From IMG/VR virus record IMGVR_UViG_3300005683_000050, positions 85,669-149,668 of that record: a DNA stretch of 64,000 nt. One strand, given 5' to 3'. Position numbers and translations under genes: made by a program. Shown here piece by piece: positions 1-9,791 of this stretch. The notes under the pieces were generated by a model, which saw nothing but the letters and a program-made list of their open reading frames with translations, was not told the DNA's origin and made no database searches. How positions within the stretch are numbered: the stretch's first letter is position 1; every line of letters begins with the position of its first letter. This DNA is from a virus. Lineage: Duplodnaviria; Heunggongvirae; Uroviricota; Caudoviricetes.

Positions 1-337
1 GTGTGTTTGGTGTGGTTGTCGGAAATGTATATGTATATAACTTTGCAGAACCACCACCGCTAGCACCAGTCTGCACCGCCTTTACGCCAGCCTCCAAAAT
101 ATATGGAAGCTGTTCAAATGTAGCTGGCGTGTCGTCCATAGACAATGCGCCAAGCAACTTTGAAATATATACGCGGTCTCCACCACTGAAAAATCCAGTA
201 TCCTCTTCCACAACGGTCAGTTCGCGTTGGTCTTCGATTGTACCAACCCCACGCCAAATCGTCGTAGCAGTTGTGATTGTCCCAGCGGTAGTTTCGCGCC
301 CCAATTGTAGCTTACGAAACGCTCGAATACCTGCCAT
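1..337 (-). CDS. phage structural protein, N-terminal 112 codons (gene runs off window start); possibly major tail/tube protein
   Basis: ATG at 335-337 with AAGAGGAG SD 7 nt upstream; open to window edge so absent from ORF track; MAGIRAFRKLQLGRETTAGTITTATTIW..., Thr/Gly-rich; lies downstream of head-tail genes. Confidence 0.45.
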   Translation of the reverse strand, partial: MAGIRAFRKLQLGRETTAGTITTATTIWRGVGTIEDQRELTVVEEDTGFFSGGDRVYISKLLGALSMDDTPATFEQLPYILEAGVKAVQTGASGGGSAKLYTYTFPTTTPNT

Positions 338-340
338 AGA

Positions 341-583
341 TTACTCCTCTTTATTCTCGGATAACGGAATTTTCATTTTGTTTCCGATTGGCGGTTTCAC
401 ATATGCCTTTTCGACATGTATATCTGCCTCTTGCGGTTCTTCGTATAGACCGCACAACAAAAGCAATTCCTTCCCGAACATTAAAACTTCTTCATCTGTC
501 AAATCACGCGCTGGAATGTTTGGGATTGACCCTCCAAAACCACCGCCATTATATTTCAACATTTTCCACCTACGAAAATCCAC
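341..583 (-). CDS. hypothetical protein 80 aa (head-tail region)
   Basis: minus ORF, stop abuts next gene start; no motif recognised. Confidence 0.35.
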   Translation of the reverse strand: MDFRRWKMLKYNGGGFGGSIPNIPARDLTDEEVLMFGKELLLLCGLYEEPQEADIHVEKAYVKPPIGNKMKIPLSENKEE

Positions 584-986
584 TTTGCATTTTTACCTTA
601 ATCTCAAACCTGAATCCAATATGCACGTCATTCTGCCCACCCCACGGTAAAAATCCAAACTCGTATGTAATTTGGTCGTAAATCGTATCTACTGTTCCGT
701 TTAATGTCGGATTTCCGAGAAGTGCATTCGGAACAGATTCAGCATATGGCATTGCCATCTCAATTGCTTTGGGTAGGTTCTGCCTTGAAAAATGTATCTC
801 ACAAACAATCGTGTGTAAACCCTTTTTCCAGTCACTCATGCGTTGCCACTCGCCACGATACGCATAGCACAAAGAAAACGGAAACTGATTAATTGATTCT
901 GGCGGATTGTCTGGAGCTCCCTTAATTCCACTCAATGCCCCAACAATGGACTGCACTTCACCAATTGCATCTGAAAGAGCCATCAT
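570..986 (-). CDS. hypothetical structural-module protein 138 aa
   Basis: minus ORF tightly packed with neighbours. Confidence 0.4.
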   Translation of the reverse strand: MMALSDAIGEVQSIVGALSGIKGAPDNPPESINQFPFSLCYAYRGEWQRMSDWKKGLHTIVCEIHFSRQNLPKAIEMAMPYAESVPNALLGNPTLNGTVDTIYDQITYEFGFLPWGGQNDVHIGFRFEIKVKMQSGFS

Positions 987-1732
987 ACCGTAACCTTTTT
1001 ATAGTGCATCAGCATCAATTCTACATCTGGGTCGAGCTGTTTCACATACCTTAATTGACCCATATCGTTTACAGCTCCAGTGTCTTGAAATCCCTGTTGC
1101 CCACGCTTGAACCACCTAGACGCCTGAATAATGCAAGCTTGCTTAATATCATCTGGTACTGCTGCGCTAAATCCAAATTTTCCCACAACCCTAATCCCCT
1201 TCGGAAATGAATACCATAACTTATATGCGCCATACATCATATTTAGGTCAAGGCGCATATATGGAATTCCTTCCGATGGCGCATTGTATGGCCAACAAAA
1301 ATAATCCGCAACAGAGAGTGATGTGTAATTGTTTATGTCTCCCGTCAGTGCCATCGCCACACTTGTTGGGGATGTCGCAATCTCTCCAATCCACAGCTGG
1401 CTACTTGGAGTTCTCAATCCTCCAAGTCTATTGCTATAGTATCCCTCATAACTATTCCCAATTTGGCTAACCTGCTTCATCGGCCCATCAAAATAATACG
1501 TTGAATCGGCGTCTACGTAGTAAGCTCCAGGCTTCCTTCCAGTCCACTTGTCAACAACGCGACTAGCCCGCGATGCTAACAGGGAGAGAATTGAATCATA
1601 CGTAGTTCCCCAGTTGCCATCAGGCATCATTTCTTTAATTTCACTTGCGGTACAATAGTTATTTGGCATAAAAAAACCACACTCACGACTGACGCTCGTG
1701 AGTGTGGCGTTCCACTGAAACATATTATACAA
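983..1732 (-). CDS. hypothetical structural-module protein 249 aa
   Basis: minus ORF; position between glycosylation cassette and head-tail genes. Confidence 0.45.
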   Translation of the reverse strand: MYNMFQWNATLTSVSRECGFFMPNNYCTASEIKEMMPDGNWGTTYDSILSLLASRASRVVDKWTGRKPGAYYVDADSTYYFDGPMKQVSQIGNSYEGYYSNRLGGLRTPSSQLWIGEIATSPTSVAMALTGDINNYTSLSVADYFCWPYNAPSEGIPYMRLDLNMMYGAYKLWYSFPKGIRVVGKFGFSAAVPDDIKQACIIQASRWFKRGQQGFQDTGAVNDMGQLRYVKQLDPDVELMLMHYKKVTV

Positions 1733-1747
1733 CAGTCGGGGGCGATT

Positions 1748-2581
1748 CTAAATGAATTTAGACAATGTGACTGCTACAAAAATCAAACATCCAGCAAAAA
1801 CCCTACTTTCGGCTGCCCTTGCCATTGTCCATCCAGCAACCAATAAGGCAATTGCATACAGTCCATACACCTGAGGGTTAACGATAAAGCAAAAAATTGT
1901 CAGAAATGTAATTATCATTGCCATAACGATTTCAGATAAGAATAAAGGACTATTCTTTAGTGAAACCATTATGTCGTGCCAGTTTACATTCCACATAAAT
2001 CTGGGACAGTACAATTCCCTCTTTCCGACATACATTCTCACACCAAGCATACTAACAGCGCATAAAATAGCTCCAACAATGGATATATATATGTCGCCAG
2101 TAACCGCGAAAAATATAAGCGGTGCAAGTGGTGCTGTCTCCTTTGACAATGCCCACAGTATAGTGCCTGATATAAAGAGATATGGATTGCCACTCATTGC
2201 ACCAACAATCCCAATTGCCTCAAATGCCCAATCCCAATAATCAAAAAAGAACGTAGATGTAATTATGGCAGCAAAGATTAAAGCAGCGACAGTGCCAAAA
2301 AAATAGTTTAGTATTGCCAAAATTGCAAACAAACTAATTAATTTTAGCGGTTCATATACATGTCCAACGGGACGGAATTCTCGAATAATGGGAATCTTGC
2401 GTAATAGGACAAATACCCAGGGGACTAATACTCGGTAAGCCATTGGAGCGGCAGCGTTACGTTCATTGACATCTGTAATTGCGCCATATCCATTGTACTT
2501 TGAACTATACGAATCCTTACCAATTAAAAGCTGCGCTCTGTCCAGAATGACTGCTATTACAAACAAGAAAATGTATATCAT
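1748..2581 (-). CDS. polytopic integral membrane protein (Wzy/O-antigen-ligase-like or GT-C-like)
   Basis: 277 aa with about 9 hydrophobic segments; overlaps GT gene by 4 nt (operon). Confidence 0.5.
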   Translation of the reverse strand: MIYIFLFVIAVILDRAQLLIGKDSYSSKYNGYGAITDVNERNAAAPMAYRVLVPWVFVLLRKIPIIREFRPVGHVYEPLKLISLFAILAILNYFFGTVAALIFAAIITSTFFFDYWDWAFEAIGIVGAMSGNPYLFISGTILWALSKETAPLAPLIFFAVTGDIYISIVGAILCAVSMLGVRMYVGKRELYCPRFMWNVNWHDIMVSLKNSPLFLSEIVMAMIITFLTIFCFIVNPQVYGLYAIALLVAGWTMARAAESRVFAGCLIFVAVTLSKFI

Positions 2582-3312
2582 CCTATGTTAATTCCCATAC
2601 TCGGTATTGCAATACTATTCGACGGTGGATTTGCTTTATCGGATTCAACTGCAACCATTTCTGGGTGTGTATCCACATAGTACCTAAAATCCTTTTCGGT
2701 AATCATTCTATCTGTGATATGGGGACTGGTTGTTGTTGTATCCACCCATATCTTAATGCCCTTTTGTTTGCACTGTAAACTAAAATATATATCCTCAGAC
2801 TGAGACCCTTCTTCGGCATATCCGTAGGCGAAGTATGGTCTTTCTAGTTGGGGGAATACCTCTCTGGATATTAGAACGCATCCAAATCCAACAACGTCTG
2901 CTAAGCCAATTCCATTGTCCCACCGCAATGGAGCTGCAAGTTGTCCGTTTTCCATTTCCATATATACACACGGGTCATACGGGGCTGACCGTCTGAAATT
3001 TATTCCAGACACAATTTTCTTTTCTGGGTCATTGATAACCCATCTTGCCAGACGTTCAACCAGGTCTGGTGGATGAATGTGGTCGCTGTCCATCATTAAG
3101 ACATGTGTGAAGTCTGAATCCATGAAATCCTTTGCAATCTGATTTCTCGCCATATCCGTTCTGCCATAATTACCGCCGATATATCCATATCCCTTTTGCA
3201 AAATTGGAATTATTGACAAAAATGCTATGTCTCGGATATTGCGTTCTAGCGGAATCGCTATAGCAACATTTATCCCATTATTGAGTAGTTGTTCTCGTGT
3301 TGGTATATTCAT
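2578..3312 (-). CDS. GT-A fold glycosyltransferase (family-2-like)
   Basis: DSDH (DxD-type) motif, MMDSDHIHPPDLVERL; paralog of 4110-4793 (shared ...DTTTTSPHI...). Confidence 0.6.
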   Translation of the reverse strand: MNIPTREQLLNNGINVAIAIPLERNIRDIAFLSIIPILQKGYGYIGGNYGRTDMARNQIAKDFMDSDFTHVLMMDSDHIHPPDLVERLARWVINDPEKKIVSGINFRRSAPYDPCVYMEMENGQLAAPLRWDNGIGLADVVGFGCVLISREVFPQLERPYFAYGYAEEGSQSEDIYFSLQCKQKGIKIWVDTTTTSPHITDRMITEKDFRYYVDTHPEMVAVESDKANPPSNSIAIPSMGINIG

Positions 3313-3405
3313 TATTTATTTGTCGAAGAAACAGCTCTTGGCTATTTATATGTGGTATGTTCTGCGACATTCCTTTCTAACTGTATTATACATTATGAAA
3401 ATAAA

Positions 3406-4083
3406 CTATTTTTCAATTATTCCTATTTCTGACGGCATGGACTCCACTGTAATAATAGCGTCTCCTCCATCGGAAAATAGAGACGTAAAGTCTGCAATAG
3501 ACATTTTGAATGTGCCACTCTTTCCCCACGCATCTCCCCAGCTATTTACAAATTCCATCAATCCAGTATACTTGTCAACTCCATTTATCAAATATGCGTG
3601 TCCTCCAACAATCTCTCCCATCGGAAAGACCAGTCCATCTGCATTTGGATGATTCATTGACTCATACCAATTTGTACCAACAGATATTGGGCCAGTTGTC
3701 AAAATCCAGTTAATAATATCGGAAACTTTTTCTGAACCATTAAATAAGGCATAGTGCTTTATTCTGCCGCGCTGTTGTAGTGCCTTAGCTCCGTTACGAA
3801 TCGTAGTCCCTATTTCCTTAGCTTCTGACCCACTAATTTCAACCGCTTCATAATAAATAGAATGACCATCTGCGTCTTCATATAGAGTTTTCATTGGCAA
3901 GCATCTGCAAAAATGAGCCATTGAAAATCCAACACAATGCTGCGTGTCACCCTGATTTAGAATCTTGTCTACGCTCCAATGTCTTGATATGACGCGGGAC
4001 GAAGACAGGATTTTCTCTTTGGTCAAATACAGGGACGCATTATAGTCCCTACTATCTATCTCATTAGGAATTCTTCCAAACAT
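3406..4083 (-). CDS. papain-like cysteine peptidase (C1 family)
   Basis: QGDTQHCVGFS (Gln/Cys), GGHAYLINGV (His), NSWGDAWG (Asn-Ser-Trp) catalytic signature. Confidence 0.65.
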   Translation of the reverse strand: MFGRIPNEIDSRDYNASLYLTKEKILSSSRVISRHWSVDKILNQGDTQHCVGFSMAHFCRCLPMKTLYEDADGHSIYYEAVEISGSEAKEIGTTIRNGAKALQQRGRIKHYALFNGSEKVSDIINWILTTGPISVGTNWYESMNHPNADGLVFPMGEIVGGHAYLINGVDKYTGLMEFVNSWGDAWGKSGTFKMSIADFTSLFSDGGDAIITVESMPSEIGIIEK

Positions 4084-4109
4084 TTGAACCCCCTCCCGTC
4101 ACTAAAATA

Positions 4110-4793
4110 CTATTCGGCATATATCTCTTCTGGGTTTTCAATTGAGTGTTTTTTATAAAAAGACTGGTCAATTAGATTTACCCCAATATGCGGACTTGTT
4201 GTGGTTGTATCACACCAAATATCTATTTTGCGGTCTTCACACAACTTACTGAAAAACATATCCTCTCCAGGAAAGTTGTCTTCCCTGTCGTAAACTGTCT
4301 GAAACCAGGGGTCTGGTATTAGGTCGAATACGCTCCTTGAAAAAGAAACACATCCGAACCCAATCGCATCTACTTTGGCAAGTCCATCTCCCCAGTTCGC
4401 TACAGCATGAAGTAACCCATCACTCATCCTCAAATACGCACACGCATCATATGGATGGGCGCGCTTGAAGTTTAGTCCACCAACAACCAATCTGGACAAA
4501 TCTTCTTCTTGCCATCTTGTCAGACGTTGTACAATATCCACTGGGTGAACGTGGTCTACATCCAACATGACCAGATGGGTATAGTCGGTTTGCATCAGAA
4601 ACCTTGCCAGTCTGTTTCGATTTACATCACACCTGCCATAAGGAAGTGGAATCAAAGGAGCTCCAGAATATACTGCTATCTCCCAGAACCGAATGAACGC
4701 AATGTCTGTTACGGTTCGTTCCATCGGAATACCTATAAGCGGCTTTACTTTCTTACTTTCCATTGTTTTTTCTCGTAAATTTTGAATACACAA
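4110..4793 (-). CDS. GT-A fold glycosyltransferase, paralog
   Basis: DVDHVHPVDIVQRL DxD-type motif; homologous to 2578-3312. Confidence 0.6.
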   Translation of the reverse strand: MCIQNLREKTMESKKVKPLIGIPMERTVTDIAFIRFWEIAVYSGAPLIPLPYGRCDVNRNRLARFLMQTDYTHLVMLDVDHVHPVDIVQRLTRWQEEDLSRLVVGGLNFKRAHPYDACAYLRMSDGLLHAVANWGDGLAKVDAIGFGCVSFSRSVFDLIPDPWFQTVYDREDNFPGEDMFFSKLCEDRKIDIWCDTTTTSPHIGVNLIDQSFYKKHSIENPEEIYAE

Positions 4794-5577
4794 ATCCTAA
4801 TCGAGTCAACTCGCCACTTTCATCGAGTAGCGGCAAGTATCCATTGCTTCCACCATTTCCATCTCTATTGTTTGCCACATAGAAAGCAAAACGAGTAAGG
4901 TTTTCGGATAGGTACTTATTGTTCACCAATCGCCTTAAGTACCTTACACATTTGCCGTAATCTGGATATTCAAAGTATCCCTCGTATCCAAATTCAGACA
5001 TCCACAGTTCTTTGTCGCCAACTCCGTTTTCTGTCATCCATCGTCTTAATTTTCTGACATACTCAACCAGATACTTAACGCTCCACCTAATTTTAGGGTC
5101 ATCACTGCGCCATCTTGGGTACAGGTGACAGTGAAATCCAGTGGTCATATCTTTGTATTCTTGCGGAAAAAATTTCCACAAAGCGTCTATGAAATTATTT
5201 TGACTGTGTGGGTTGTACGGTAACTGTCCCTGCGTAGAACAGGTTACGATGAATTTTGCGTTTGCATCAAATGTCTTAATGTATTTCATTTGGGACATAA
5301 ATATGTTCGCTATTTCTGGGATTGGACGGTAATTGTCCCAGTCGGTGTGAGGCTCGCTTCCGATTAGCCAGTTCCCCTTGTAACTTTCCCATTTCGTGAA
5401 TCTGCTCCACGATTCATTTGGAGAGAATTCAAATGTCAGGGGAACAAATTCGACACCAGTTGGCAGTAAGAGCATTTCGTCAGACATGGCATTCTGAAAT
5501 ACACCATAAGCCCACTTTCCGCCTAATTTTTCGAGACTGTTATTTGCTTGTCCAGCACAGTACCCAGAAATAAACAT
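4753..5577 (-). CDS. glycoside-hydrolase-like TIM-barrel protein (clan GH-A-like)
   Basis: LIGSEPHTDW (acid/base-like xEP) and WMSEFGYEG (nucleophile-like) motifs typical of GH5/26/113-type enzymes. Confidence 0.4.
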   Translation of the reverse strand: MFISGYCAGQANNSLEKLGGKWAYGVFQNAMSDEMLLLPTGVEFVPLTFEFSPNESWSRFTKWESYKGNWLIGSEPHTDWDNYRPIPEIANIFMSQMKYIKTFDANAKFIVTCSTQGQLPYNPHSQNNFIDALWKFFPQEYKDMTTGFHCHLYPRWRSDDPKIRWSVKYLVEYVRKLRRWMTENGVGDKELWMSEFGYEGYFEYPDYGKCVRYLRRLVNNKYLSENLTRFAFYVANNRDGNGGSNGYLPLLDESGELTRLGFVYSKFTRKNNGK

Positions 5578-5638
5578 ACTTATACCTCACAATAAATAAA
5601 GACACCCTTACGAGTGTCTTTATTATATCACAAACTTG

Positions 5639-6019
5639 TTATACCTGTCGTCTTTCGACCAACAGCATAACTCCAACGTCGAAAACTGGGGATGTTCCAG
5701 CGAGTGTCGCAATTGCGCGGACATATCGCTTGTTTGTGCGGAAGTGAATCTCTTCGTTTCCAGTCGTTGTCAGCTGCGTAAATGCCGCACCAGTAATATC
5801 GGTGTACGATGCAGTACTGTCCGCTTCTTGGATTTTAACGTCCATCGTTGGGGATGTGCCGCTTACGCCCGTTGCTGAAATAAAAGCCTTCATCATGCGA
5901 CCACCAGGATTGATGTATCCCTTTAGGTCAACATCACTACCAGTTGCAGAGGCAGACTTGCGAGCTGCAACGAACAGCTCGACAATCTTCATATTGGATT
6001 GTGTAGACATATAATTCAC
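5639..6019 (-). CDS. hypothetical capsid-associated (decoration?) protein 126 aa
   Basis: immediately downstream of MCP and its terminator hairpins; Thr/Ser/Gly-rich. Confidence 0.3.
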   Translation of the reverse strand: MNYMSTQSNMKIVELFVAARKSASATGSDVDLKGYINPGGRMMKAFISATGVSGTSPTMDVKIQEADSTASYTDITGAAFTQLTTTGNEEIHFRTNKRYVRAIATLAGTSPVFDVGVMLLVERRQV

Positions 6020-6068
6020 CTTTTTTCAAGGACTCATCTAGTTTCCTAGCGTCAAGGCCTCAAAAGTT

Positions 6069-6085
6069 ACTGTCTGTATAGACAG
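6069..6085. repeat. CTGTCT-N4-AGACAG palindromic hairpin motif
   Basis: ACTGTCT-gtat-AGACAG between the MCP stop and the next gene, next to a second hairpin. Confidence 0.6.
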
Positions 6086-6092
6086 AAAATGC

Positions 6093-6120
6093 CGTAGAAC
6101 TTTTAGCAGCTCTACGGCAG
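6093..6120 (-). terminator. post-MCP hairpin (partial terminator/attenuator)
   Basis: GCCGTAGA-N11-TCTACGGC followed on the minus strand by ATTTTCT. Confidence 0.4.
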
Positions 6121-6205
6121 TCGTTTTCATCAAGAAACAATTGTCTCTTGTTTTTTTTCATTATGGGGCATGAGATACATGCCCCAATCGTTCATTGCGT
6201 TCAGG

Positions 6206-7225
6206 TTATGTAGAAACCTTCTGTACGCGTGTTCTCCAGCTTTCAACCAACTGACCACCAACGCGCTTGCGGGCGAGCAAGAGGGTCACGTTTGTTTCGG
6301 CATAGATTTCGCTCAGGCGTTGTACGCTCAAGCCTACGCGGTCACAAATCATGTAACCATTCAAGTCACCAAACAACAATGGATAGGCGTTAGCGGCAAT
6401 GTCTGGCGCGAATTCGTCAATCTGGATTGGCTTACCCTTAATGTTGTCAAACTGTGGTGTTGCCAAAGAACCATTGACTAGCGATGAAATAATGTATCGG
6501 TTCTGTGAATCCTTCAGTTTCTCAATTGCCTTTTGGGTAGCACTGTTCATGTACCACTTTGCCTTTGCTCGATACTGCGCTGGCAATCCAAAGTACAAGT
6601 CAAGAATACCGTCTGCGGTCAAAGCTGAACCGCTACCAGACACAATGCTCGCTGGGCCATCGCCATCAACCTGCGACAACAGACCCATTGGGCGAGCTGC
6701 GCCGTTACCGTTCAGGAACGCATCATCTTCGCCAAGCGCAAATGCTTCTGCAATCAAGTCAGACGAAATACCAACAACATCAAATGCAGAATCTTCAATC
6801 AAGTCATTGCTAACTGGCATTGAAGCCATCGCCGTGTGTACTGGAATAACGTACAGACCGAAAACTGGGTCAGTGACGCGGTGTGTGGTTGAAGACGCTG
6901 GTGATTCACCAGTCCATGTCAAGCGCACACCTGAGGTATACTTGTCGTCGGTTGTGTACTTTACGCGTGGCCACTTTGCAACATCACGTGAGGTTTGGAC
7001 AACGCGCGCGTTTGGACGAATCGCGGTCAAACCAGCAACCTTCTTGATTAATTCGACGTGATAATCTTCTGGAACTAAAACTACGCAGTGTTCCAAACTT
7101 TCGTTTGGGTATGGACTATATCTTAACGAGTCTTTAGCGCATTCTGCTGTTTCAACTTTTGCATTACTGCATCTCGTTTTTCGCGTGTAGTCTCTGAAGC
7201 TCCCGTTGCTTGTAATGCCCTGCAT
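6206..7225 (-). CDS. major capsid protein, HK97 fold (true start probably TTG near 7096)
   Basis: C-terminal ...TADGILDLYFGLPAQYRAKAKWYMNSATQ... typical HK97-family MCP; the first 100 nt of the track ORF overlap the upstream endonuclease gene. Confidence 0.75.
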   Translation of the reverse strand: MQGITSNGSFRDYTRKTRCSNAKVETAECAKDSLRYSPYPNESLEHCVVLVPEDYHVELIKKVAGLTAIRPNARVVQTSRDVAKWPRVKYTTDDKYTSGVRLTWTGESPASSTTHRVTDPVFGLYVIPVHTAMASMPVSNDLIEDSAFDVVGISSDLIAEAFALGEDDAFLNGNGAARPMGLLSQVDGDGPASIVSGSGSALTADGILDLYFGLPAQYRAKAKWYMNSATQKAIEKLKDSQNRYIISSLVNGSLATPQFDNIKGKPIQIDEFAPDIAANAYPLLFGDLNGYMICDRVGLSVQRLSEIYAETNVTLLLARKRVGGQLVESWRTRVQKVST

Positions 7226-7719
7226 TGCTCGACTATATCTAACTCCCTTTTAGTGTATGGGTGTATTTTTCTCTGCCCCATCCCACCGTAATTCGGATTT
7301 TCAAGACCTTCGTTTTTCTTTCTGAGGTCTATAAATTCCATCATTAGTCTAGCTCTCTGCTTTTTATTACCAACCAGATACGGTTCTATCTTTGGAAGTA
7401 TCTTTAATAGATTGGTCATATTTTTGGTAGCGCATTCGTGAACTGGTCGGTTGATTCCCTTTTGGAGTCTAGTCCGCATATACGGGTTGATTCCCATTTT
7501 TCTGAATATATCTTCCGATTTGGCGATTATTTCTGGGTCTGTATTCACTATGCGTAGTTCGCATTTTACCTGCGTGCCGTTTGCTCGGCGCGGGTCTGTG
7601 AAAACAGTAAACCCTAACCATCCTTCGCCATCTACAATTCCCGCTACCCATCCAAGCTCATACTCGGTTGCCTGCTGATTGTCCATTTTACTATCCTTTC
7701 GTTTGTTGCCTAGAAGCAC
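7123..7719 (-). CDS. free-standing LAGLIDADG homing endonuclease
   Basis: LGWVAGIVDGEGWLGF motif; inserted between scaffold and MCP genes. Confidence 0.55.
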   Translation of the reverse strand: MLLGNKRKDSKMDNQQATEYELGWVAGIVDGEGWLGFTVFTDPRRANGTQVKCELRIVNTDPEIIAKSEDIFRKMGINPYMRTRLQKGINRPVHECATKNMTNLLKILPKIEPYLVGNKKQRARLMMEFIDLRKKNEGLENPNYGGMGQRKIHPYTKRELDIVEQCRALQATGASETTREKRDAVMQKLKQQNALKTR

Positions 7720-7817
7720 GATTGGCTCTTAGGAGTTTCCAGCATTTAGCGAAATTTAAGGTGAACTTTTGTTCCCTTAGATTATCATATTTAATTTTTA
7801 AGTCTTACTTTACTTAC

Positions 7818-8303
7818 TTATGCCCAACCTGCATATTGGGTTAATCCACCAGCCGTATCAACGCCTTCGCTCAAGGCCTTGCGGTCATTCGGGCCTAGTT
7901 TTTCTTTGCCATTGCGGATGTACGCTTCAAAAGCAACATCGTATCCCTTTTGCTGAACAGCCAGTGGAATGTGATAGCGCAATTCCTTTTCGCCGTTTGC
8001 AGTCATAACCTTCATAGAACGCCATGACTTTGCGTCAATCGGGAAGTTTCCTTCGTCTGCGGCAGACTGTCTCCATGAGACCTGCGAAACCGATGGCTCG
8101 CTAGCTCCCAAGAATTCATCGCCACTTTCGATACGCTGTGCAAGATTTGCCTTAGCAATCAACGTATCGTACTCGCCCAGTAGTCTTTGGACGTTACCTT
8201 CTTGTTCTGCGGTAATGGCATCACCCGCCTCGAACATAATCTTTTTTGCTTCGGCGTGCTTTGACGTAGCTTCCGCCATCAGCTCTCTTCGTGTCTTAGC
8301 CAT
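7818..8303 (-). CDS. putative scaffolding protein (162 aa from ATG 8303)
   Basis: ATG 8301-8303 with AGGAG SD; charged helix-rich N-terminus; the track start at 8417 overlaps the protease gene. Confidence 0.4.
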   Translation of the reverse strand: MAKTRRELMAEATSKHAEAKKIMFEAGDAITAEQEGNVQRLLGEYDTLIAKANLAQRIESGDEFLGASEPSVSQVSWRQSAADEGNFPIDAKSWRSMKVMTANGEKELRYHIPLAVQQKGYDVAFEAYIRNGKEKLGPNDRKALSEGVDTAGGLTQYAGWA

Positions 8304-8313
8304 AAATCTTCTC

Positions 8314-9474
8314 CTAAATATGTAATGCTCGTTCGCGTATTGCGATTTCGAGTGCCAAACGACGAGAAGAAGTGAGTGCGTTTGCGATAGTATCGAGAGA
8401 GTAGGTCTCAACGACATTTTCTGTCATATCATCCTCATCTGGTTCTACCTCTATCTGCGGCTCGGCTTCTAGCAAAACATCTGTAAGCACAGAAATTGCG
8501 TCTTTCAATCTTGCCAAGTTGCGTTCCGACAAAACCCTGCCTACCTTAAATTCTTCAATTGTCAACAGGCTAGTTAGGTTGGCAAACTCAACAACGTGCC
8601 AAGATGGAGACTCTTTACCGAACTGACTGAAATGTTTTGCAAGGTGATTGTATACACCCTGCTTGTCACTATCTGTCAAAGACTTACCAGAGTCCTTCAT
8701 CAATGCGGTCATAGCTGCATTTACTCCGTCCCATATGGCAAGTCCAATGCCAGACTTTGATGGAATGTGGTGTGGGAATTGCAAATCCTCAAACGCGGAC
8801 GGTATCTCTTTTCCAGACCATCCGTAGTGTTCTGAGATTCTAATCTTTTCACCGTCATCTAAGTCTGACCATTCTTTTTCTGTAAAATCGCTCAACACTG
8901 GAGGATTCATTTTTACTGTAGTATCTGGTTCAAATCCAGTGTCTTTGAAATCAATTGCGGCTGACTTTATCAAAACCCTTGCGGCATCGTTCATCCCCCA
9001 GTTCACTGGAGAAATATCCCATAGTCGGCACTCTCTGATATTTCTGATATTAACTGTTTTTCCGTCAATACTATGTGGGGCATAGTCGTATTTGATTGCC
9101 TCAAACCCAATAGAGTTTTCGGTAATTGCGCCTTCTTTGATGCCAGTCAATACTTCATTGCCGCGCGGTGTGTTTATGTACTTTACAACACCGAGTAATC
9201 CACCCATTGCATCTGGGAATTGACCCAGATAACTATCTGGTAGCTGCTCTCTCGATATTTCCCGCAGCTCCACTGGGACTCCAATTGGAGGAGACATGGT
9301 ATCGTGTTGCCACAAAACCTTTACCCTATCCGCGCGTTCCAAAAGCGTCTTAGTAAACGCTCCGAGCAACATACGGTCTAGCGCATTATCAATATGTCCA
9401 GCAACAGAATACAGAGACGTTACTTCTCTATCTTCCGATGCAATGACTTTACTTTGAAAGTTTTTATACTCCAT
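8314..9474 (-). CDS. prohead protease (HK97/S78-like) with long C-terminal extension
   Basis: N-terminal ...RVKVLWQHD... protease-family motif; position between portal region and scaffold/MCP. Confidence 0.55.
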   Translation of the reverse strand: MEYKNFQSKVIASEDREVTSLYSVAGHIDNALDRMLLGAFTKTLLERADRVKVLWQHDTMSPPIGVPVELREISREQLPDSYLGQFPDAMGGLLGVVKYINTPRGNEVLTGIKEGAITENSIGFEAIKYDYAPHSIDGKTVNIRNIRECRLWDISPVNWGMNDAARVLIKSAAIDFKDTGFEPDTTVKMNPPVLSDFTEKEWSDLDDGEKIRISEHYGWSGKEIPSAFEDLQFPHHIPSKSGIGLAIWDGVNAAMTALMKDSGKSLTDSDKQGVYNHLAKHFSQFGKESPSWHVVEFANLTSLLTIEEFKVGRVLSERNLARLKDAISVLTDVLLEAEPQIEVEPDEDDMTENVVETYSLDTIANALTSSRRLALEIAIRERALHI

Positions 9475-9482
9475 TGATTGTC

Positions 9483-9524
9483 CTTATAAAAAAACGCCAA
9501 TGAGTGCTAATGCTCAATGGCGTT
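9483..9524 (-). terminator. long hairpin + T7 (terminator/attenuator upstream of the protease gene)
   Basis: AAACGCCA...TGGCGTTT outer stem with inner TGAG/CTCA pairing, followed on the minus strand by TTTTTTT. Confidence 0.45.
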
Positions 9525-9791
9525 TGTTCCTTTACTCGATATTGCAGGCATCGGTGTTATATACTTTACTATACTGCCACACCGATTACACTTGATTTCG
9601 ATACGTATTATACCAAAAATACTGTTAACATGGAATAATTTTTTATTGCATTCTGGACATCTTACGTCCTTGTCCGATATATATGTCATCGCATCAGTCT
9701 CCTTAGCGCATTTTGATATATATCCAGAACTCCACTGGTTGACTTGCGGAGGACTTGTTGTATCGTATACCACCTTCCGCGATGTATCCAC
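9507..9791 (-). CDS. zinc-ribbon protein 94 aa
   Basis: CPECNKK...CNRCGS paired Cys motifs. Confidence 0.35.
   Translation of the reverse strand: MDTSRKVVYDTTSPPQVNQWSSGYISKCAKETDAMTYISDKDVRCPECNKKLFHVNSIFGIIRIEIKCNRCGSIVKYITPMPAISSKGTNAIEH

Noticed and set aside
3-650. Plus-strand ORFs throughout the window (for example 3-650, 6399-7061, 55828-56439, 57256-57588)
   Set aside because: They run antisense to contiguous, tightly packed minus-strand genes with recognisable domains. Their translations are low-complexity (Ser/Pro/Cys-rich), and they lack SD-like sequences. Treated as artefacts.
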